In this document: positions 54,729-64,000 of the stretch, one piece after another
Numbering within the stretch: position 1 is the first letter of the stretch
Layout: every line of letters begins with the position of its first letter
IMG/VR virus record: IMGVR_UViG_3300021466_000176
Reading direction: 5' to 3' (one strand)
DNA: 64,000 nt
Origin: a virus
Position numbers and translations under genes: made by a program
The notes under the pieces: generated by a model
Database searches by the model: none
Seen by the model: the letters and a program-made list of their open reading frames with translations, nothing else
Told to the model about the DNA's origin: nothing

Positions 54729-55252
54729 TGTTGATCACCCTCGTCGTCCTCTTCTTCGGGACCATGAACGTACTCGTCCCGCTCAGTTCCATAGCCCTGC
54801 TGAGAGCCGCGCAGCATCGGCGAGAGGTCCTCGTTCGACCGCTCCGACGCAGGGATCCAATCGTCCGGTGGACGGTAGTGAGGGTCCGTCTCCTCGTTCA
54901 CAGGCTCCACTCCCATGAGCCCATAGAAGAACACAAGGCTCGAATCCTCGAAGTACTCGCAATCGAAGTTCGAGCATGACCCTTCACAATACCGGATGCC
55001 GCCGCGTGTGAGGTGGGGTGAGCGAACGTGTCCCGCGCGTTCAAGCACGTTCACGTCCGATCCACAGCCGGGACAACGGGCTTCGAGCAAGGGATCCGGA
55101 TAGTCCGCTTTCTGTCCGGGGCCGTTCGATTCCGGATCGACGGCGGCTCCTGCAACGACTCTGGTCCGTAAGCCGCCGGAGTCTGCCATCTCTTCGCGCT
55201 CGTTCTGTACATCCGCCACTGACCTACCCCTATCGGTTTCGGAATCACTCAT
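54725..55252 (-). CDS. Zn-finger protein
   Basis: CPGCG..CSNFDC. Confidence 0.6.
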   Translation of the reverse strand: MSDSETDRGRSVADVQNEREEMADSGGLRTRVVAGAAVDPESNGPGQKADYPDPLLEARCPGCGSDVNVLERAGHVRSPHLTRGGIRYCEGSCSNFDCEYFEDSSLVFFYGLMGVEPVNEETDPHYRPPDDWIPASERSNEDLSPMLRGSQQGYGTERDEYVHGPEEEDDEGDQQ

Positions 55253-55668
55253 TTGCTGTCACCTTCTTCGTAGCTGTCCAGGTCCTTATACCACTCGAAC
55301 TGCCACTCTTCGAAAAACACCGTCTGTAGGAATTCATCGAACGACCGAAACATCGGGGAGTTGATCGTCTCCACCGACTTCCGGACGTATGACTCGTTAA
55401 CCGCGATGAACTTTCGAACGGCCCGTCGCTCGTCCCCATCGAGATAATAAACCGTAAGGGCGTTCCCGTATCTGATTTCGCCCGGAACAGCCTTGGAAGG
55501 CGGTTTCAATTTTCGCACCACATCAAACCTGGGTGCTAATGCTGATGGTTTGAACGACACGTCATGAGCTGTCACCGGCTCTGTAGCCAAAGCAGCCAAT
55601 CTGGAAGACGAAAGCCGCTTTGAATTGATCGTCCTGTTCTCCGGAACGATCTCTCGGTTCTCGGGCAC
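55249..55668 (-). CDS. Hypothetical protein
   Basis: 139 aa, TVYYLDGDERRAVRKFI. Confidence 0.6.
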   Translation of the reverse strand: MPENREIVPENRTINSKRLSSSRLAALATEPVTAHDVSFKPSALAPRFDVVRKLKPPSKAVPGEIRYGNALTVYYLDGDERRAVRKFIAVNESYVRKSVETINSPMFRSFDEFLQTVFFEEWQFEWYKDLDSYEEGDSK

Positions 55669-55713
55669 TACACTTCACCTTCTTTGGAATCCGACTTGTC
55701 CATAATCATATCT

Positions 55714-56283
55714 CTATCCCGGCGCTTGTTCAACGTTTCGATCCAGTTCGATTCCGAGCCGATCCGCTCTCTCTTTCAGTGCCTCGATATCTATCTCGTA
55801 GGTCCCGTTTTCGGTTTCCGCGCTCAGATACTCCGAACAGCGAATCAGATCCCCGAGTGTCTGCCGAAGCGCCGTTCCGGACCCTTCGATCGCCATTCCT
55901 CGCTTTTTCAGATAGACTTGCCGCTTGAGGTGAGACCCCCGGAGTGGGTTGTGGTACAACTCGAACGCATACCGCATTAAATCGATATTCATCTCGATCG
56001 ACATCTCATACCGTTCGTATTCCGGAGGGTAGGGGAAATCATCAGTGTTAGCCCGACGGTAGGACTCAGGCTCGCACTCATCGGCATGACAATACGTGCG
56101 GCTGCCCGGGTTCCGAGCATGGAACTCGACTCCACAGTTAGTACATCGGGTATTCGGTATTTTGCTGCCGTGTATCGATACGTGATGGTTTTGCAGCCCG
56201 CCAGCCCCCCGTGGAGTCCTATCGCAATCATCATCCGGACAGTCGTACCTGTCGCCTTCGAGACGAAGTTCCTCAATCAGCAT
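55714..56283 (-). CDS. C2H2/C4 Zn-finger protein
   Basis: CPDDDC..HHVSIH, CTNCG..YCHADEC. Confidence 0.65.
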   Translation of the reverse strand: MLIEELRLEGDRYDCPDDDCDRTPRGAGGLQNHHVSIHGSKIPNTRCTNCGVEFHARNPGSRTYCHADECEPESYRRANTDDFPYPPEYERYEMSIEMNIDLMRYAFELYHNPLRGSHLKRQVYLKKRGMAIEGSGTALRQTLGDLIRCSEYLSAETENGTYEIDIEALKERADRLGIELDRNVEQAPG

Positions 56284-57094
56284 CGTTTTTCTCAATCACG
56301 TCCGATTCGGTCACGAACGCGCCGTTCTCTCCGATGTCGGGATCGAACCAGGCGCGAACTCGGAAGGGACTCTCCCGTTGTGCTGTTTGCCTCGATGCTT
56401 CCACAACAGCACCACAACATACATACCGAGATTTTCCATCACCGTATTCGTTCAACGTCCTGAAATCAGGTGAATCCTCAGCATCCGATAACTCGAACCA
56501 GAACATCCCCGTAGCGGGATCACCGTACACTTCGACGCCGGTCAGTTCCAAATCCCTTCGGTCCACACCGGAACTCCGTATCAGCCATGATGAGAAATGG
56601 ATCCTACTGAGATCGGTTACATACCCCATCGTCATGTACCTCTTCGGTGAGTCGATCGGATACCCATGTAGCTCGTCGAGATGTCCGTTCACAGCGTTCG
56701 ATCGGAGATTGGACGCTTTCCGGGTCAGCTCCTCCCGGTACACCGAGTGGAGCGCCAAGTAAACGGTTGTTTTCGACGTTTCAATATCCATCCGTTCTGT
56801 AATCTCATCGATCGTCCCAGGCTCGTCCTCGTACTCGGCGATCGCCGCGCGCCTAATTTCGTTCTCCCGGGGATCCTCATACCCCCGTTCGACGAGTCGG
56901 TCGGCGTACTGGTCCATCCGGTGGACCTTTACTCGCGGCCGAACGGAACTATCCGATAACCCCGTCCGCTCTTTGATCTCGGGTACCGATAGCCCCTGGT
57001 CAAACAGGGCGATCACTTCAACCGCCGTTTGAGTCGGTTCAATCAGTTCTTCTCGCAGTTCTTCTTTCCGTGATTTCAGTTCGTTCTCACTCAT
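56273..57094 (-). CDS. HTH-containing protein
   Basis: GLSVPEIKERTGLSDSSVR. Confidence 0.65.
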   Translation of the reverse strand: MSENELKSRKEELREELIEPTQTAVEVIALFDQGLSVPEIKERTGLSDSSVRPRVKVHRMDQYADRLVERGYEDPRENEIRRAAIAEYEDEPGTIDEITERMDIETSKTTVYLALHSVYREELTRKASNLRSNAVNGHLDELHGYPIDSPKRYMTMGYVTDLSRIHFSSWLIRSSGVDRRDLELTGVEVYGDPATGMFWFELSDAEDSPDFRTLNEYGDGKSRYVCCGAVVEASRQTAQRESPFRVRAWFDPDIGENGAFVTESDVIEKNDAD

Positions 57095-59100
57095 GCTTTG
57101 TGTACTTCAACATCATCGCCGTAATAACCCTTGTAAGTGTCAATTCGTTGTCGATCCATCGTCGTGAACGGCCCACCGTCCTGGACATCAATAATCAACG
57201 CCTCGTCGTATCCGGATGGGCGCAGCGCACGCCCCGCCGTCTGGATCGTCTCCGTCTCCGATTTCCCGGCCTGGGCCATGACGATAGCACTTACTTCAGG
57301 GAGATCGAATCCCTCCTGAAGCAACGTACTTGATACGATCTTGAGAGGGTCGTCCTCGTCAGCGAATCGCTCCAGGAGTTCCTCCCGATTAGAGACATCG
57401 GATGTGACGCCAGCAGCCTCGATTTCATCACTGACATCCTTCTTCGCGGCTATCTCGTTAGCGTAGTGGGTGATACCTTTCGTGGAGTACTGCTCGTGGT
57501 CGTCGTGCGCTCCGCCGATACACGGATCTACCTCGGCGCAGTTCACGATAACCGACCGGCCATCCTGTGCCAACTCGAACGCTCTCTCAGCGATCCTGTG
57601 GTTCCGAAGCTCGTTGTAGACGATGTGTTTCCGACGAGCCTCATGGTAATCGTTCGAGTAGATATCGGCCAAGTCCTTCCCGGGGTCAGCGGGGTTGTTC
57701 AGTTTCTCGATCCGGATGTTCTTGAGGTATCCATCTTCCATCAGGTCCGAGGCATCCTCCCGGTGGATGATCGGACCGACAGCGCCCTCGATTTTCAACT
57801 CCTCGCCGGAGTTCTTTCTCCAGGGTGTCGCGGTGAGTCCGACCCGATATTTGGCGTCGATCTTCTGGCCGAGCGCGTGGAAAGTGTCAGCGACCGATGT
57901 TTTATGACACTCATCAAACACGACAATTCCTATATCATTTTCAGGAATCACATCAATTCCCTGAGAGTGAAGCGTCTGCATGATGCAGACCGTAACCGCA
58001 CCATCACCCTCTTCGACATTCCCTTCGCCGACGAGTGTGGGTTCGATTCCGAGGCACTCACGAACCTCTTCGGCCCATTGCTGGAGTAGCTCCCGAGTAT
58101 GAACGAACACAACAGTCCTACGGCCTATTTCTGCAACGAATTTCAACAGTGTGATAGTCTTGCCCGCTCCTGTCGGCAGATTGATAACTCCTTTCTTCTC
58201 CGAGTGAATCGCATCGATCGCATCGCGCTGGTAATGGCGCGCATCGAGCGGCGATACCCACTCGACCAGATCGGACACGTCCGCGCCCTCGTTACCGTGT
58301 TCGGGGCCCTCAATGACTACCTCGTAGCCCTCCTCTTCGAGGACCTCGGCCATCCCGTCGGTCAATCCGATCGGAGCTTGATAGTGACCGTACTCCGCCC
58401 CGTTGTAGACGTTCACGATGCCGTCCCACTCGCCCCGCTGGACTTTCGGCATGTACTCCTTGTCCTCGACTTCGAAGCTGAAGTGAGACTCCAGGATATC
58501 GTTGATCTCGGTAGTCGGGTTGAATCGCCGTCCCTCACCGCCCATCTCGACTTGCGCCTTCACTACATTCCGATCGGGTTTCCGTACGAGGACCACAGTT
58601 TCCTGCTGAGAGGATTTTTCGTCTTCACCCTCTCCATCCCCGGACTCATCGCCGGGACGCATCTCGACGGGCACACGGACCGATGTGAGCGCGTGAATCA
58701 GATCGATCGAGTCCTCATCAATATCGAACGTACATCCCGTCCAGCCGCTCGTCTCTTCCCACGGGATCGAGGCCATATCAACGTCCCACTTCTCGTCTTG
58801 ATCGTACTTCGTGCCGAAGAAACGGTTTTGAACGCGGTCCTTGTAGGAATCCGGGATGCCCTTGATCTCATCACAGGCCGTGGATCCCACTTCCACGAGT
58901 CCCTTGACGCCGTATCGTGTGTCGATGAGCGTCCAGCGGGTATCCCCTCCGTTCGTGGTGAACAGATCACCCTCGCTGTTCTCGCTCATCCGAGAGTTTA
59001 CGACTTGGGTGATGCGCTCTTTGAGCGCCTCCAGTTGGTCGGTTTCGTACGATTCCACGTCGATGTCGATTTCGCCGCCGTCGTCTCCTTGTGTGCTCAT
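57091..59100 (-). CDS. SF2 DExH helicase (XPB/UvsW-like)
   Basis: PTGAGKT, FDECH, GLTATP, LQEGFDLP, QTAGRALR. Confidence 0.92.
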   Translation of the reverse strand: MSTQGDDGGEIDIDVESYETDQLEALKERITQVVNSRMSENSEGDLFTTNGGDTRWTLIDTRYGVKGLVEVGSTACDEIKGIPDSYKDRVQNRFFGTKYDQDEKWDVDMASIPWEETSGWTGCTFDIDEDSIDLIHALTSVRVPVEMRPGDESGDGEGEDEKSSQQETVVLVRKPDRNVVKAQVEMGGEGRRFNPTTEINDILESHFSFEVEDKEYMPKVQRGEWDGIVNVYNGAEYGHYQAPIGLTDGMAEVLEEEGYEVVIEGPEHGNEGADVSDLVEWVSPLDARHYQRDAIDAIHSEKKGVINLPTGAGKTITLLKFVAEIGRRTVVFVHTRELLQQWAEEVRECLGIEPTLVGEGNVEEGDGAVTVCIMQTLHSQGIDVIPENDIGIVVFDECHKTSVADTFHALGQKIDAKYRVGLTATPWRKNSGEELKIEGAVGPIIHREDASDLMEDGYLKNIRIEKLNNPADPGKDLADIYSNDYHEARRKHIVYNELRNHRIAERAFELAQDGRSVIVNCAEVDPCIGGAHDDHEQYSTKGITHYANEIAAKKDVSDEIEAAGVTSDVSNREELLERFADEDDPLKIVSSTLLQEGFDLPEVSAIVMAQAGKSETETIQTAGRALRPSGYDEALIIDVQDGGPFTTMDRQRIDTYKGYYGDDVEVHKA

Positions 59101-59225
59101 TTTGTCGTGCTCCAGAGGCGCTCCCTACTCTACTAATAGGTATGCGCCTCTATTAAAATCCTTCGGTCCGCTATTATCTTAACTGCCCGTTACCCGCGCT
59201 TCGGCTCGATTTCAGATGTTGGTGT

Positions 59226-59411
59226 TTATGATCCTCCTCGGGAACTCTCTTCCCACGAGAGAATTGTGATCTCAAGCGGTTCGCCTGCCCACTGTTCAAC
59301 GTGAGCGGCAACCCGATCGGACTGGGAGTGACTACGACCTCTCAACCACGGCGTTGAGAGTTCGTCCGGACGAACGATCTTCCAGCAATAGCCGCTTTCA
59401 GTCGTGGTCAT
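59226..59411 (-). CDS. Small hypothetical protein
   Basis: 61 aa from ATG overlapping upstream gene end. Confidence 0.45.
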   Translation of the reverse strand: MTTTESGYCWKIVRPDELSTPWLRGRSHSQSDRVAAHVEQWAGEPLEITILSWEESSRGGS

Positions 59412-59682
59412 TGGAACCCTCAAGGCGATCCTCCAATCGTTCCATCTTCTTTTCCTCCCACTCTTCGACGCGCCCGTCAAGCATCAACGCGAGTTGGTCG
59501 AGCATAATCCGGACATCCGCTACCTCCTCGGCCAGATCCTCTTCATCACTACGACCCCGCCAGTAACGCCCTAACTCAGCGAGGAGTTCTCCGGTTTCCT
59601 CTGTCGTCATGTCCAACTGCGCGTCAGTTCCCCACGTATCGATAGCATCCTGAAGTACCTTTTCCCGTTTTTTATCGTTCAT
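59398..59682 (-). CDS. MazG-like NTP pyrophosphohydrolase (phage type)
   Basis: WGTDAQLDMTTEETGEL..EEVADVRIM. Confidence 0.85.
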   Translation of the reverse strand: MNDKKREKVLQDAIDTWGTDAQLDMTTEETGELLAELGRYWRGRSDEEDLAEEVADVRIMLDQLALMLDGRVEEWEEKKMERLEDRLEGSNDHD

Positions 59683-59873
59683 TAGTGTAAATACGCCACG
59701 AATCGGTACTTCTCGGTATCGGATCGAGTCTTTTTCATCGTCGGCCCTCCGCTTCGTTCGACTGCTACCTGACAGAGGAGATCGTAATCCTCGATCCCGA
59801 TTGTCTTCGATCTCCTGCTGGACAAATCAACGGTCTTTCCGATCCTTCCACACTTCGGGCACTCTCCTATCAT
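59682..59873 (-). CDS. Small Cys-containing protein
   Basis: CPKCG; coupled to both neighbours. Confidence 0.45.
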   Translation of the reverse strand: MIGECPKCGRIGKTVDLSSRRSKTIGIEDYDLLCQVAVERSGGPTMKKTRSDTEKYRFVAYLH

Positions 59874-59875
59874 TA

Positions 59876-60517
59876 TTAACACTCCTCCCGTTCGAACAAC
59901 TCGACGATTGACTCAGCCGACACCTTCCCGACACCCGGAACCTCCCGCAACTCAGCTACCGACGCCGACTCGATGTCTTCCATCCGATCGTACGCCTCCG
60001 CCAGCGCCTCGATGTTCGAGCTTCCCACACCGCGTGCCTCACCGACGCGAGCTTCGATGTGAGCGGGTTCTGCCGACGATCCGGGTGATCCCCCATCGTA
60101 GACCGAAAAATCCTCTACACGCCCGATCTTGCGCCTGCTATGATACACTGGCGACCAGTCCCGGAACCCCCCTGTCTCCTGCTCGACCTCCTCGCGCGTG
60201 AGATCGCCGGAGTCCGCATCCCCGAGGAGTTTCTTTCGAGTCGCCTGGTAGACAGTGCCGTTGTACTCACCAAAGTCGTGATCGTAGCCCTCGATATAGA
60301 CTGATACAACGACGTTCTCGTCCGGATCGTGGACGAAGAACTTGGCCGAATGGGAATCCGGATTGCGGCGATCGAACGCAGCGTGTAGCAACTCCCCCTC
60401 CCGGAACAGCGTCGAGTCCGAGTTCGACGGCGCGTAGGCGACCCGGATCACGGTCGAACCGTCCGGATCGGGTTCCCCAACCGGCAAGCTGCCGCCCTTG
60501 ATATACGTCGTCGCCAT
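59876..60517 (-). CDS. Protein with C-terminal helix-hairpin-helix
   Basis: ELREVPGVGKVSA. Confidence 0.7.
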   Translation of the reverse strand: MATTYIKGGSLPVGEPDPDGSTVIRVAYAPSNSDSTLFREGELLHAAFDRRNPDSHSAKFFVHDPDENVVVSVYIEGYDHDFGEYNGTVYQATRKKLLGDADSGDLTREEVEQETGGFRDWSPVYHSRRKIGRVEDFSVYDGGSPGSSAEPAHIEARVGEARGVGSSNIEALAEAYDRMEDIESASVAELREVPGVGKVSAESIVELFEREEC

Positions 60518-61245
60518 CAGAGTTCACCTCCCTCATCTTCCGGAGTGAATATGGCACCACTATCAGCTCCATCCCTTTCGTTGCCTACATCCGCCTTGAT
60601 CCGCGCAGCGAGAGCGTTCCCAATCCCATCGACATCGGATAGGTCCTGTTGGTGCGCCGCCTTTAGTTGACTTACACTTCTGTACCCAGCATCAGATAAT
60701 CTGCGTGCTTTGTGCTCGCTGACTCCAGAGACACTCTCTAACTCTCCGATAGAAGTCGCGTTTAACTCTCTCATGAGATCCTTATCGAGCCCCTTTGGAT
60801 TCGGGTTCAGATTCGAAGCTCCGATCAGCTCGAAGTGGTTTACCGAACCCATCGGATGGGAGAACACAACTCCCCCATCGATGCGGAGAACGAGGTGTTT
60901 GTCAGTCCCGGGGAAGGAATCACGACCACCGTTGATCTCAGCACTGTCAGCGTCTATCTCCCGCTCAATTCTCTGTCCATCCCTGTGATAATCGATTTCG
61001 TACGTGTTCATGTCTGTAGCTTCGTTTAATTCGTCTTCGTCGTTAGTCGGTCGCTCGTCCGGGACCAGATCCCAATCAACGTTATAGGTGATAACGTCTT
61101 CATCGATCAATCCCGCGATCTCCGCAAGTACGACATCCTCATGTTCTTGATATTTGATCGCAAGGTTCTGGACGAGGGCGTCCTGGTCGTTCGGAGTGTC
61201 GGTCACCGCCTCTACTATGTCGAATCTGATCTCTTCGTTGCTCAT
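60517..61245 (-). CDS. Protein with tandem helix-hairpin-helix motifs
   Basis: LESVSGVSEHKARRLSDAGY..LSDVDGIGNALAARI. Confidence 0.75.
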   Translation of the reverse strand: MSNEEIRFDIVEAVTDTPNDQDALVQNLAIKYQEHEDVVLAEIAGLIDEDVITYNVDWDLVPDERPTNDEDELNEATDMNTYEIDYHRDGQRIEREIDADSAEINGGRDSFPGTDKHLVLRIDGGVVFSHPMGSVNHFELIGASNLNPNPKGLDKDLMRELNATSIGELESVSGVSEHKARRLSDAGYRSVSQLKAAHQQDLSDVDGIGNALAARIKADVGNERDGADSGAIFTPEDEGGEL

Positions 61246-61595
61246 TTTTCTTGTGGGTTCTCCGTTCTAATGGTTCGGTCGATCGAATCATCCAGAGCCT
61301 CTTCAGTTTCCACCATAGCGCAACTAACTGGGTGAGGAACCTCAGCATATGGATCGGAGTTACCGATCCGATCGTCTATGTGGTCCCTCGCTGCCCGGAT
61401 GCGCGCAAGTGCAGCCGCCAAGCGGCGATTTTCGTGAGTTAAACAACCAGAGATATATATTTCCGACCTCGGTTCGCTCGGTTCATCCGGATCGAGATCG
61501 GTGTTCTCCGCTATCCACTCATCAGTTTTCGACTTCAGTATCTCCTCGGCTTCCTGTGGTATATCGGTATCATCCGCTTTTCTTGTTTCTATCAT
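61242..61595 (-). CDS. Hypothetical protein
   Basis: 117 aa. Confidence 0.6.
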   Translation of the reverse strand: MIETRKADDTDIPQEAEEILKSKTDEWIAENTDLDPDEPSEPRSEIYISGCLTHENRRLAAALARIRAARDHIDDRIGNSDPYAEVPHPVSCAMVETEEALDDSIDRTIRTENPQEK

Positions 61596-61716
61596 TGTGG
61601 CACTCTCCTATACACACCGACTCCAACCTCTCGGATATTAGTAGTTTCGGTTTAGACTTGTTCGGGCGTAGATGGTCCGGAGTGGTCGGCGGTTGCGGCC
61701 GAATCGATTCGATCCC

Positions 61717-62370
61717 CTACTCTACCCACCTTCCCCCCCAGTGGGGGTATTGCGCGAGAACACAGTTCATTATAATTACTGAGTGATAAATCTATACTAC
61801 TTTATCGAGTCCGATTCCCTACTCTACCCACCTTGGGGGGAGTGGGGGTATTGCGCGAGAACACAGTTCATTATAAATTCTAACTTATGAGTCAATGGAT
61901 TCTATAAACCTATATGACTTTATGGAGTCCGATTCACTATTCTACCCACCTTGGGGGGAGTGGGGGTATTGCGCGAGAACACAGTTCATTACATATTCTA
62001 CCTTATGAGTAACGTATTGGAGACCGGATGAGACCGGATCGGTCCGGCTCGGTCCGACTAATAGACCACCACGGACGGAGATAGTACCTTGCGCCAGAAA
62101 AAATGTAGATGACCTTACAGGTCATCTACGCACGCGCGCGCGTATTTTAGTAGTGACGAAGGAACATAAAAAATTTTAGAAGAAATAGAATTCGTCGGGT
62201 AGAACACCTCCCTCCGGTGTTTGTGGGGAGTAAAGGAATCCACTCCATAGTACTTAAAGGGGTGTGAAGTATCAACTGTAATCTATAACGAATTGTTTGC
62301 TGGCGCAATACCCCCACTCCCCCCAAGGTGGGTAGAGTAGGGAACGAACTCAATAAAGTAATATAGGTTT
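61717..62370. repeat. Origin-like repeat locus B (second copy, same orientation as locus A)
   Basis: Direct units at 61717, 61819, 61937; one inverted unit ~62286-62340; same central IR at 62105-62129. Confidence 0.85.
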
Positions 62371-62395
62371 ATGGAGTCCGAATTTACCTACGTAT

Positions 62396-62770
62396 TTACT
62401 CGGATTCGAGTACCTCGCCGTAGGCATCCGACGCCTCTATTTTCGGCACCACCGTCCGGATTCCGTTCGTCGAGATGTAGTAGCCCGACTCCCGGAAGAG
62501 ATCAACTACGTCCTGCTGGGTGGCTCGATCCGGTGAGAACCAGTCTTCGGTTTCCCTGTACGCGATGTAGTAACACGCTGCTGCGATGAACTTCGGATCA
62601 TGCGCGATGCCCGGCTCGAACTGAACTTCCTCCGTGAGTTCGATCGCAAGTAGCTCGGGTTTGGTGGCTCCTTCGCCCGGCATCTTCGTGCCGTTGAGTC
62701 CGATCGTCCGGACGACTTTCTGGACCACTTCCTCTGGAAGCTCGAAATTCGACTCTGAAGCGGTTTTCAC
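62396..62770 (-). CDS. Single-cyclin-fold TFB/TFIIB-like protein
   Basis: DPKFIAAACYYIAY..ATQQDVV..ISTNGIR resembles the TFB C-terminal repeat. Confidence 0.6.
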   Translation of the reverse strand: MKTASESNFELPEEVVQKVVRTIGLNGTKMPGEGATKPELLAIELTEEVQFEPGIAHDPKFIAAACYYIAYRETEDWFSPDRATQQDVVDLFRESGYYISTNGIRTVVPKIEASDAYGEVLESE

Positions 62771-62927
62771 GCTTTCACCTCTCTTGGGCCGCGCGATTCG
62801 AGAAATCGATCTGTGAGCTTATAGTGGCCCTCACACGAGCCACATCTCACGTACCGGGGACCCAAATCGAGGTCCGGGCGGACCTCCTTTTTCTCAGGAC
62901 TACTACAGTACGGACACATTGCATGTC

Positions 62928-63386
62928 TCATTTTTCTATTTTCCTGACCGAGTTGACCGCGCCGCCAAGAACGATCGTACTGTTCACACTACGGAGCTTC
63001 ATTCCGGGCCAGAGATCGTTGTCCATCACCATTTCCATCGCTCTTGGGACGGATAATTCCATCTCTCGCACGTCATTCACCTCTCCTTCCGGCCGCCCGT
63101 CCGTGTTGATAACCTCGATTTCGTAATCGAGATCGTCCTTACTGTCGGAGTTTTCGGTCTGGACGTTGATAGCCCGGAGTATTCCCGCCAGTTCGTCCAA
63201 GTCGAACAAGACGGTCACGTCGAGTCGGCGTGAAAGCTGCCGCCGTTGATCCGGTCCTCTGATGAAGTCCTCTGCTTCGATCCGATCGACAGTAACCTCG
63301 TCTTCCCCGAAGCACGTCTTGAGGAGCACCCTATCACCCGGTTCGAGCGATTCGAACTCCCGTATCAGTTCTGGCGTCAGTGCCAT
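62928..63386 (-). CDS. Hypothetical protein
   Basis: 152 aa from ATG 63386. Confidence 0.6.
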   Translation of the reverse strand: MALTPELIREFESLEPGDRVLLKTCFGEDEVTVDRIEAEDFIRGPDQRRQLSRRLDVTVLFDLDELAGILRAINVQTENSDSKDDLDYEIEVINTDGRPEGEVNDVREMELSVPRAMEMVMDNDLWPGMKLRSVNSTIVLGGAVNSVRKIEK

Positions 63387-63388
63387 AG

Positions 63389-64000
63389 CTATGGAGTTAG
63401 TTTCATCGGCCGACTTTCTTCGTACTGTTCGAAGGCGAGCGGAGCCCACTGTTTGCACTCTTCGAGCATTTGTTGACATACCGCACGCGCCTCCCATTGG
63501 CTGTCCGCTTTCAGGCGCATCGAGAACAGGTGCATGATCGCCCGGATGTTCATCGTGAAGGTCATATTGACCAGTGTGCCGATCGGAAGCACCATCCGGG
63601 CATCCTCGTTCGGAACGCCACCTTCCATCAAGTCCTTGTATGCTCCCATTGCTGTTTCATAGGCGTCGTTGACGATCCAATCGCGTTCTTCGACGGCCAT
63701 CTCGATTTCCTCCACACCGTTTCGCGTAGTCACTTCGTCCTCTTCGAACGAGGGTGGGTGGCAGAACACCTCTTTCGGGTCGCCGTCGATCGTGGTGTAC
63801 CGTAGGGATTGGACATCGAAGCTTGCATGGCGGTGGCGGGTGAGTTGGGACATACAACTCCGGGAGACACCTTCAACAGCGAAGGTGGCGTTGGGATGCT
63901 CGAACACTCCGTGGTGCCCCCGCTTGAAGCAGTGTTTCAGTAGTGTCTCCGTTTTCTCTTCGAGCGTTTCACCCTCTACGGGCTCCATGATCGATTCGAA
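63389..64000 (-). CDS. thyX: FAD-dependent thymidylate synthase, probably 5'-partial
   Basis: GHHGVFEH, VSRSCMSQLTRHRHASFDVQSLRY, EDARMVLP; frame open to window edge. Confidence 0.95.
   Translation of the reverse strand, partial: FESIMEPVEGETLEEKTETLLKHCFKRGHHGVFEHPNATFAVEGVSRSCMSQLTRHRHASFDVQSLRYTTIDGDPKEVFCHPPSFEEDEVTTRNGVEEIEMAVEERDWIVNDAYETAMGAYKDLMEGGVPNEDARMVLPIGTLVNMTFTMNIRAIMHLFSMRLKADSQWEARAVCQQMLEECKQWAPLAFEQYEESRPMKLTP

Overview
64-kb segment of a large haloarchaeal mobile element (acidic proteome, roughly mid-50s % GC by eye, Tat signal, haloarchaeal-type NrdJ and PadR), probably a conjugative plasmid/ICE or plasmid-virus hybrid. No capsid, portal, terminase, rRNA or ribosomal-protein genes were recognised. 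Layout: (1) 1-9.3 kb T4SS-like transfer genes (VirB4-like ATPase cut by the left edge; VirD4/HerA-like coupling ATPase with a C-terminal nuclease-like extension); (2) a G-string repeat, origin-like locus at 10.3-11.0 kb that is duplicated 51,454 bp away at 61.7-62.4 kb; (3) replication and nucleotide genes (SF1 and SF2 helicases, intein-containing class II RNR, Tmk, ThyX, two MazG-like); (4) a Ro60/TROVE gene preceded by two tandem Y-RNA-like ncRNAs, one a circularly permuted tRNA mimic, then a subtilase-thermonuclease fusion; (5) a split array of 35 tRNA genes covering all 20 amino acids, with REP-like hairpins and unexplained structured RNAs between them; (6) inside the array, a TnpB/Cas12f-size nuclease divergent from a tracr/omegaRNA-like RNA whose loop is complementary to the 3' end of the repeat of an adjacent cas-less 8-repeat CRISPR array; (7) secreted glycan-modifying proteins and many small Zn-finger or membrane ORFs. 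Strongest candidates for an undescribed system: the TnpB + omega/tracrRNA + CRISPR locus, and the archaeal Ro60 + twin Y RNA locus. All calls come from reading motifs and hand-folding; no database search was run.
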